Below, one piece after another: positions 48,983 through 64,000 of a DNA stretch of 64,000 bases. A model generated the notes under the pieces. That model worked only from the letters and a program-made list of their open reading frames with translations. It searched no databases and was not told where the DNA came from. The stretch is from positions 2,068 to 66,067 of the forward strand of contig CAXHJY010001630.1 in NCBI GenBank assembly GCA_964016885.1, given 5' to 3'. The first letter of the stretch is position 1; every line of letters begins with the position of its first letter. This stretch comes from Eledone cirrhosa. Taxonomy: Eukaryota. A program made the position numbers and the translations under genes.

Positions 48983-50146
48983 TGAGGATGGGCTGAAAAG
49001 TTCATAAGCTGGCTATGAAGGAGGGATGCTAGAGCTGTGAAATCTTGCATGCATTAATTTCAACTCTTCTTTTTAACTGCATTGTTTCTTTCCAGGTAAA
49101 CTGACATCTGACTGGTCAAAGAAGACTTCAAATGTAACTAGTGGCAAATTCTGTTAAAAATGGACAAAATTTGGCATTGAGGTGTTATCAAGTACCTGCT
49201 GAAAAAAGGTTTAGCCCTCAAGGACATTCACGTTGACATGGTTGCTACATTAGGGGATGATGATCCAGCTTTATCAAAGTACAAAAGTGGGCAGCTGAAT
49301 TTAGAAGGTGAAGGGAGAGTCTTGGAGGTTTGAACATGCTGCTACTGCCACCACCAGGGAAAACATTGACCATGTTCACCACATGGTGATGGATGATAGG
49401 CAACTGACTATAAACCAAATAGTCAATGCTATTAGCATATTCCATGAGAGAGTCGAGAATATTCCGCACAATGAACTTGGCATGATGAAGATTTCTACTT
49501 GGTGGTTGCTACGTCTTCTCACACCTGATCACATCGTAAGAAAATCTAACATTGTTTGAACATTTCCTAACCTAGGATGAGTGTTGGGTTCATCACTTTG
49601 ACCCATAGAGAAAGAGACAATCCATGCTGTGGAAACACCCCTCCTCACCTGCACGTAAGGTGATGGCTTCAGTCTTTTAGGATGCAAAAGGCATTGTGTT
49701 TGTTCAAAAAAGCCACACCATCAATGGAGAGTACTATGCCAATTTGCTGAAGCAGTTATGAAAGGCTTTCAAGACCAAACATCCTGGAAAACTGACAAAA
49801 AGTGTCATGTTTCACCAGGACAATGTTCCAGCACACAAGTCCTTGGTTTGAATGGCTGCTGTGAGTGACTGTGGCTTTGAACTGGTTGATCACCGTCCCT
49901 ATTCTCCTGATTTGGCCCTATCTGACTTTCATCTGTTCCCCACCATGAAAAAATACTTGACTGGGAAACAGTATCGCAGTGATAGCGTCATATCTGCTGT
50001 TGATGACTTTTTTACTAACAAGCTGAAAACTCCTTCACCAATGAGATCCAAGCACTGCAACACCAATGGAAGAAGTGTGTGGACTATGTTGAAAAATAAA
50101 CTTCATGAAAGTATCTTGGTCAGCCTAACTTTTCAGTCAACCTTCG
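48983..50146 (+). mobile_element. Tc1/mariner (DD34D) DNA transposon relic
   Basis: Imperfect TIRs (TA|TGAGGATGGGCTGAAAAGTT ... AACTTTTCAGTCAACCTTCG|TA). FHQDN and YSPDLALSD with 34 residues between the Asp positions. Multiple stops. Confidence 0.92.
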
Positions 50147-51099
50147 TATATAAATTTATTTACAATTCATCAGGTTTGCTTCTGCTTATATGTTTTGTTA
50201 TTGTTACTATTGACATTATTGATGTTGCTATTTTCATTCAGTATCATTTCCTTTGTCTTTCTGTTATTTCCATAGGCAAAGGTGGAGGTTGGCTGTACCG
50301 GTAGAGTGTCAGACAATATACTTCATGACATATAGTTACATTCTGAGTTTAAATCCCACTAAGGTTAGCTTTGCCTTTCATCTTTATGGGGTTGATAAAA
50401 TAAAATACCAGTAACACACTGTGGCTAATTGAAATGACTTTCTCCTTCCCTTTAAATTGCTGGCCTTGTGCCAAAAGTAGAAACAATTATTTCTACAGGA
50501 AACTTTATTACAAGTTTCTTCGGTTAACATTTTTGTATGTTTTTTTTTGTAATTCATTTTTTTTTTTTTAGCTTATTTTGAGAAGAAAATTTAGTAAAGT
50601 CAAGATTTCAAGGAACATATTTCAGGATATTTTTCTCTAAATCTGAGGGTGCACCGTTAAAAAATAGGGAGCCGGTGTCCCCTTCATTGGTGACACACCT
50701 GTTGATAAGGGTGCTTAGAAAACAAGGCACTGAAACCCTTTTGGTATCAAACTGTCTGAAATAGCCCCTAGTTTTACATTCAAAGCTGTTTATTTTAAAA
50801 GGTTTATATTTATCTAAAAACCTCCCATCACAGTTTTACAAAGAACCATTTTAAAATTATATTTTAAACACCAGCATAACAATGAGAAAGTTAGTTATAT
50901 AATTAAATCCCTCCAAATTCCCAATAATTTTCAAAATTATTAAAGGCAGAAAATGGTAACAAAAATGATTAAACTAATTTGTCATATTTAGATAGATACT
51001 TTTGTAAAATACAGACTTCTCATTACCTTCATCGTTGTCAATAAAACATCTACATGATTAATAGGTTAATATATATTATTGGTGAATAATGAAACCAAC

Positions 51100-51217
51100 C
51101 TTTGTTTCTTTTGAAGAACCAAGAAAAAAATCCAGTTGATGGTTTTACATCAGAGATAAGTGGGCCAAATTCTGTTAATTCTGAAGTTGTACTTTCCCAG
51201 TGTTTTTTGTTTGCCAT
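51100..51217 (-). CDS. PIKFYVE: PIKfyve/Fab1 coding exon 1 (ATG; MANKKHWESTTSELTEFGPLISDVKPSTGFFSWFFKRNK)
   Basis: ATG at 51217 and GT donor at 51099-51098 (phase 1). Upstream acceptor ttttatttgccag at 51249-51250 implies a 5' UTR exon further right. LTEFGPL...FF resembles the LTHFKPL...F N-terminal motif of vertebrate PIKfyve, and the phase matches the next exon. Confidence 0.8.
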
Positions 51218-51336
51218 GTGCAAAATATGGCATCACTTTCTGTGGATTCTGGCAAATAAAACATTAAAAGTATATAAACAGCATACGCACAGTAATAGAA
51301 TTACATTAAACACATGCACACACATGCACACGCACG

Positions 51337-51429
<93 letters not shown>

Positions 51430-53106
51430 CCAATCCAGGGCCTTTTCACTCCTGCTGGAGGAACTCCCTTCCTGGTTTACCTCCACCACTTTCTGTTTGG
51501 TTTTGGTCATATCAGAGGTGTAGCCATACTCACCATGCTTGGCCAATTACAGGTTGGTGAGGCTATTTAACCCATAGTTGGGGCGGATGGCCTGTGATTG
51601 AGTTCATCTGCCCTTTTAACAGCTCTTGTTTTTTAGGCTACTGGGGACCATTTACCCTCCTCACCAGACCAGGGTCTGATGGGGGAGCCAGTTTAGTCAC
51701 CAACCAATAGTATCAGTAGGAGGCAGAAGCTTGACACAGTCATCTGATCTGATTTGTCTCACAAGGGAACAACTCATCTAACCCATGCTAGTGTGGACAT
51801 CAAACGGTGATGATGATATATATATATATTAGAATATGTATGTAAAATACCATAGTATTTGAAACATTCAAACATTTACTGGATGAACATTCATTACTGG
51901 TGGGTAGAGCATAGAAATTCATTTTTTCAGTAGAAGAGTGGCAGTGACTTCGAAGTTTCAGCTTGTCCACTTATTGTGATTATTATTATATAGGACGGTG
52001 GATTGGCAGTATCAGTAGAGTGTCAGACACCATGCTTTGCAACATAGAGTTATGGCTCTTCACGCTCTGAGTTCAAATCCCGCCTAGGTTAATTTTACCC
52101 TTCGTCCTTACGGAGTTGATAAAATAAAGTACCAGTAATACACTGGAGTGATTTATTCGACTTTCCTCTCCCCCATAATTGTTGGCCTTGTACCTAAGTC
52201 AGAAACTATTATATAAGATTGTGGATTGGCAGAATTAGCAATGTACCATCAGTGTTCAAATCCACCAAAGTCAACTTTACCTTTCATCGTTCCGGTGTCA
52301 ATAAAATGAAGTACCAGAAATGAATTGGGAGTCAACATAATCAATTTCCCCTCCTCCTACATTGCTAGCGTTGTGTCTAAATTAGATCCACTGTCTTAAT
52401 AAGGACAGTGAATCTTTACTTTCTTCAGTTCAAATCCCTTTCATGCTTCTGAGGTCAATAAAATAAAGTACCAGTCAAATACAGAGGTCGATGTAATCGA
52501 TTTTTCCTTTACACAAAATTTACGACCTTATGTCAATGTAAGAAAGAAATATTTAGTGTCAAATATAAAATTTTACACCCACCTCACTTTTTTTTAGGTC
52601 TTGTGTATTTTTATGTTATTTTTGAAATTATCCAAACAATACGAAGAATCCAACAACTAAGCCACAATTTGATTTATTGTTTATTATAAGTCAGAGAAAT
52701 ATACTGTTTGTAGCAGGAAAGTATGTTATCAATGTTGCCAAAACTAAAATGTTGGTATAATAAATAACTTGAAAGATAATATCTATCTTAATTAATCAGC
52801 AAACAACTCTTTTCTTTTCTCCACCCCTAACCCCAAATATTTTCTGTCTTAATGTTTTTAACACACATACAACTGCCTTTGATGCCATTAAAAAGTTCTC
52901 ATTTTAAAGTATTTATATTTAAATTAAACTATTCCATTAAATCTTATCAAGGAACCATTAAGTCAGCCAGATTGTATCTTAGTTCAATCGATAACCATTT
53001 GTTTGCTACAGTAAGAAAAGATAAAACTAAAGAGGTACAAGTGAGACTGAGTAAGTGAAAGTGAGGTGAGAAGAATATATGATGTATGAACGAGTATCTT
53101 CCACCT

Positions 53107-53490
53107 CTAGATCCAAGCCAATAGGAAGGAGAATACATTGCCCTGGAGGACGGTAAGGGAGACACGCTGGAACAGCCACTCCACCTCATGGGGCTCGCAC
53201 CTGCGGGCAGCCAACTCCGCTCCGATAGCAGTGAAGAGGGATGTGGTCTGGGGGCCTAGAATGCTGGAAGTCTCCACTGCTACAGGCTCTACCATAAACC
53301 TATTAGAGAGTGGCTGATACTTGGACAGTTTGCCCCCTTCAGCCTTGTGGGCAGCAGAGCCTGGTCTGGTAACCAAACGCACCAGGTTGCCACTAGAGAA
53401 GGTGCCACAACATGTAGCATCCAAGATGAGGGGCTACCCCTGAGAATGGGGAAATTGTCATGCTGTCTGGTCTTTTGCCATCCCCTCAGT
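53107..53490 (-). mobile_element. CRE-clade non-LTR retrotransposon restriction-like endonuclease fragment
   Basis: DGKRPD..., DATC, AA..AE..K..KY, PVAVET..LG and LFQRVSL..LQGN. Confidence 0.75.
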
Positions 53491-55507
53491 CCAGCCCAGT
53501 TTCATAATAATGATAAAGTTATTTTAATAAACCTTCACAAATTTATGATTATTTCTTTATAATTAATTGAAACTTATATAGACAATGTATTTCATTACAA
53601 TTGTCATCATAAAAGGTCCAAGTAATTTTACCAAATATTTCAAACCTTCCCTAAGAAAATCTGTCCAAAGACTTTACTGAAACCAGCATGTTTAATTAAA
53701 AGGTGCTGTATTATTGCCAATCAAGGCATTATAAATGATACAATAAACCTCTGATCAATGTTACAACCTGGTCATGAAAATAATGTAAGTAACCGAGCAT
53801 TCAATGGACACATGACAAGGCTGGACCTTTGAATTACAACTAATCTGAAGTCAGCAAAAGAAGAACTGTTTATCAAAATTTATAAATTTTAAGAAATTAA
53901 TTTAATAGTAAATTGTTACTTTTTAAATGACATTGATAACACTGAATCCTAATATAAAGATCGAAATAAAATGAGAACAGAAAATATTTGTGAAGCTTTT
54001 AGCCAAAGGTTAATAGCTATGTTAACTAGTTATATATGTCAAAAATAGAAGGGACATTTGAAACCAGGACAATTCTCTCAGGAGTTTGCTTTTTAATGTC
54101 TCAAAAACACTTCATTGTACTAAAATTGTTAATAATAGACAAAATGACATCACTGTAATTAAATAGTAATAAATGACCCATCATCTAAATAAGGTTGACA
54201 GCTGTCATGTTAATGGCTTAATTACTTGACAAGCTCATATCTAAATAAATATAAGATAAAATTGGTACACCAGCAATCCTGTACTTCATTGAAAGTTGCA
54301 CTAATAACAATTACATCCCATTACAACAGATCTATATGATAATCAGAAACTTCAAATTAGCTTTTCTGTAAAATAGACTTCCTTATCTTTTTAACTAGCT
54401 TTAATTAATTTTAGAATGGCTAGAAAACTATTGCTTTAATTCTAATAACCCCATGACTACATTATTGTCAAACAAAATTCTGAAGCAATAGGAACATGTA
54501 TTTATAAACAAGACAGACAAACATTTTCTAAAGCATTCATATGTAGCGAATTGATGTATTCTTTGCAGGATGAATGATAAAAAGAATGATGCAAGAATTG
54601 TGATGTTGACGTTTATTTTATGATAAAATTCACTTGTTGGAACATCGAATACTGAATAATAAAATCGTGACAGTAATTATCAATACATTAATTTCTTACT
54701 AGCTACTTCGAACTAGCGTGAATTCATGTATCAAATAAAACAACACAGTAGAAGTTGTGTTGTATTTTACAGTAGTAGAGAAATGGCAAGGAAGACTAAA
54801 GGATAGATAAGTGTAGAAGGGAACAATATAAGGAAACCTACTGTGTGTGTGCGTGTGTTTCTCCATAGCATACGTTGTTCCTGTAGTTGGTCATTTGGTC
54901 GAGCTTGGTAGTTGTGAGAGAATTGTAGGCAGAAGACTGTATTCATGAAGAGGAACTCATATATACACATATACACTTACATACATATATATATAGATAC
55001 ATACATATATACATACATATATAGTATATATACATATATATATAGATACATATATACATACATATATATGTATATGTACATATATATATATAGATATATA
55101 CATATATACATAGATATATACATATATACATACATATATATGTATATATACATATATATAGAGATACATACATATATATGTATTTGGATTTAATGCTCTG
55201 AAATAGCGATATATATGTGAAGACAAACATAGAATATTCGAAAATTGTAATACGTGACGTATTCTATTCTATAGCGATTAGGTCTTCAAAATGTTTATTA
55301 TAAACATACAGAATATTTTCGAATATTCTATGTTTGTCTTCACATATATATGTATATATTCATATATATAAAGATACATACATATATACATACATATATT
55401 CATATATATAAAGATACATACATATATATATAGATACATACATATATATGTATATATACATATATATATATAGATACATATATATAGAGAGAGAGATACA
55501 TACATAT

Positions 55508-56153
55508 ACTGTAAATGAGGTTGGTGTTAGGAAGGGCATCCAGCTGTAGAAATCAAGCCAGAATCAATTCCTGTATGAGCAAGACATGGAGAGCCGACCG
55601 GCTACTGCCCACAACAGGACAACCTGTCTAACCCATACTAGCGTGGAAGAACGGACGTAAAACAGTGATGATGATAATGATATATATATATATATATACA
55701 CACATATATACATACATATATATATATACATACATATATATATAAAGCCGACCTTACCCAATTACACCTCTCAAAGACAATGACACACGACCGTGACTTC
55801 TGGCGTCACGCAGTAATACAGAGTACCCGACCTCCCATGGGTACAAGCTGAAGCATATAAACAATATGCCCCCACACCCCCCACCGCAAGGTGGTCGTGG
55901 AGGTGCCACGGCAAAAAAGCACCCAGCCCACACTGTAAAGTGGACGTGTAGGCGCCACGAAAAAGCACCCAGCACTCACTGTAAATGAGGTTGGTGTTAG
56001 GAAGGGCATCCAGCTGTAGAAATCAAGCCAGATCAGTTCCTGCATGAGCAAGGCATGGTCAGCCGACCAGACACTGCACACAACAGGACAACCCGTCTAA
56101 CCCATGCTAGCGTGGAAGAACGGACGTAAAACGGTGATGATGATGATGATGAT
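55508..56153 (+). mobile_element. Two tandem RTE 3'-end fragments separated by (TA)n
   Basis: 55745-56150 is nearly identical to 11458-11864; 55508-55680 is a shorter 3' UTR copy. Confidence 0.88.
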
Positions 56154-56404
56154 ATATACACACGTATAAACATACATATATATATATATACACATATATA
56201 TATATATACACACACACATATATATATATACACACATATATACATACATAGTATTAAGTATACTATTTATGGTTATGCAAATACAAAAACCTTTTGTAGT
56301 TATATATATTTTTATAAACCCTACATAGTGGTAGGCAGTAATATATTACTACCTTATTACCAGTAAGTTAAATAGCTCAATGTAATAACATCAAATGATT
56401 TACA

Positions 56405-57205
56405 GAACAGTTATATGAATTATAAGAATCAAAGATACAATCAAAAATACAGGTTAAAATACAACATGAAATTAAGCGGTTATAGAGTGCAATAGTTATA
56501 CGTGTGGCAAGCACGTGCGTCTTGTTTATATAGTGTGGCAGAGAGTTACGTGTAATAGAAGCACTTAAGCAGGTAATCAAGAGTGTTAAGGGGGTTGATC
56601 TGGTAATGAATTCTTTATATGATTGTTATAGCCTGTGCGTGGAGAAATAATATAAGCATTAAAAATAATGTAAGCATTAAAAATATTGGAAATGCATAGC
56701 GAAGCGATGATATGGATTTCATGCACTGCGACATTTTCATATTCCGGGGAGCGTATTTTTCAGATTATATGCCCCTCACATAGTCCACGACGATTCAAAA
56801 TTGGGCGTTTGACAATCCTGTTAGAGAATCGTAGTCTGATGTTCTTTAGCTCAATACAGTAGGTTGTTACGTTGCGAGAATCGACATGGAAAATTTTCCA
56901 TGTGCTTGCCACACGTATAACTATTGCACTCTATAACCGCTTAATTTCATGTCGTATTTAAACCTGTATTTTTGATTGTATCTTTTAATATGAATGTAAT
57001 CTCTAAATGTGTACTGCCACACTAAATGCTGTAATGAATGTTGACCACAATATTTGCATATGTATCTGTATGTCTCTTGGGTGAAAAGGAGGTCATATAA
57101 CTGTTCATTCAATAATAAATTGCTCCGAAGAATCCAAACCTCGGTTTGGAGGAAACAGTTGTAAGCATAAAAATGTTTTGAACAGTTCTTTGATTCTTAT
57201 AATTC
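56405..57205. repeat. Foldback element with ~84-bp inverted arms
   Basis: 56431-56514 is the reverse complement of 56902-56985. Outer arm pieces reappear at ~57093-57106 and ~57188-57205. Confidence 0.78.
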
Positions 57206-57369
57206 ATATACATACATATATATATATATACATATATATATACACACATATATACATATATACACACATATATACATATATACACACATATATACATACA
57301 TACACACATATATACATATATACACACATATATACATATATACACACATATATACATACATATATATAT

Positions 57370-57414
<45 letters not shown>

Positions 57415-57415
57415 T

Positions 57416-58030
57416 AGTGGCTGCCAACTCGTTTTCGAGTACGGCCACTACTTTATATCCATGTAGGAGATCCCCTACCGATGTGCTGAACGAGTGTGAC
57501 TTTTTAGCCCAGCCAGTGACTTGAAAACTCTGGTACAAACACTGCACCTGTGACAATTATTGACACATAGTGCTGGGCCCATGGTACCATGTGACGACAA
57601 GTGTAGAGAGATCAGAGATCTCCAGATATAAAGCAATGCCTGTGCCGTGAAGCTTTTATAGTGAGCAAAGGCACTGCACAAGGCCAGTCCCACTCTCTTA
57701 ACCAAGATGATATTTACCAAAAAGAAGAACAAGTCAACATCATTGGATACCATCAGGGTTGCAGGTGTTATATCAGAGTTTTTCTTCTCCTAGAAGTCTG
57801 CCTTGACAAAGGCTAAGGGGTCATCTCTCCCAGTGATTTTGGATGGCCATTGACTCTTAAGAGCTCCTTTGCCCTTTGACAGGTTTTGTTTTTAGTCCTG
57901 CAGGATGTCCAAAGTCACCCTCCTCACCAGGAAACATTGGTGGGGGTGCAGTTTAGGCGCCAACGACCCGACCATGAGACAGGTTGTACTGGGATACATG
58001 TTACCAGTAGCACCAACTAGTGACCTGACG
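57416..58030 (-). mobile_element. Internally deleted RTE-like element (5' UTR-like part fused to a C2H2-finger 3' end)
   Basis: [22 protein letters not shown] near the 3' end. The 5' part shares blocks with 51585-51703. Both ends are in (TA)n. Confidence 0.6.
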
Positions 58031-63660
<5,630 letters not shown>

Positions 63661-63686
63661 CATAATCTTATCACTATATCCTGCTC

Positions 63687-64000
63687 GACGAAAAAGCCCA
63701 GTACTACAATGAAGCGTTAGCTAGAGCAGGATATAGTGATAAGATTATGTACATAGATAATGATAGACAAACTAAACAAAATAACAACTATTTTAATTAC
63801 GGCCACAATCTTAACAACTATAATAGAAAGCATTACAATAATTCCAAAAGCCAAAAAAGAAATAGAACTAGGAACATAATATGGTTTGCCCCCCCTTTCT
63901 CACTAAACATTAAAACCCACATCGCTAACTATTTTTTAAAGCTCTTGATAATCGCTTCCCTAGAACACATAGGTATCACTCAATTTTCAATAGACATACT
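63687..64000 (+). mobile_element. Penelope-like element ORF fragment (RT thumb/linker), running off the window
   Basis: [11 protein letters not shown]...RNRTRNIIWFAPPFSLNIKT and, after a 1-nt shift, LDNRFPRTHRYHSIFNRHT, matching the IIWFNPP...FP..H..H.IFNR.T motif of GIY-YIG Penelope-like elements. Confidence 0.85.

Noticed and set aside
54540-54760. PIKfyve promoter or non-coding first exon
   Set aside because: Slightly more CpG and a possible donor, but nothing diagnostic; the upstream UTR exon cannot be placed from sequence alone.

Overview
Eukaryotic, AT-rich and repeat-dense genomic DNA. The SINE/RTE repeat families and microsatellite load suggest a cephalopod such as Octopus; this is an inference. 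The only host gene I can support is the 5' half of PIKfyve/Fab1 on the minus strand. I reconstructed 14 GT-AG coding exons by hand (51217 down to 1898), and they join in frame to about 672 aa covering the N-terminus, FYVE, DEP and the start of the CCT/TCP-1-like domain; the gene continues beyond the left edge. The introns hold many transposable elements. The most striking structure lies in one 13.8-kb intron: a foldback element with ~300-bp arms, a Ty3/Gypsy element inserted into its left arm (ATTC target duplication), an RTE LINE inside the Gypsy integrase, and another RTE in the right arm. The Gypsy element has asymmetric termini with a second tRNA-Trp primer-binding site at its 3' end, and a 42/43-bp VNTR that shifts the gag frame. 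Other features are a type I hammerhead ribozyme, a Penelope-like fragment with a foldback junction, a mariner relic, a non-autonomous Helitron, TTAA MITEs, a ~60-copy 43-bp minisatellite, a palindrome-plus-(GT)n compound array next to the FYVE exon, and a 5.6-kb (TA)n tract. There is no CRISPR array, rRNA or true tRNA gene.
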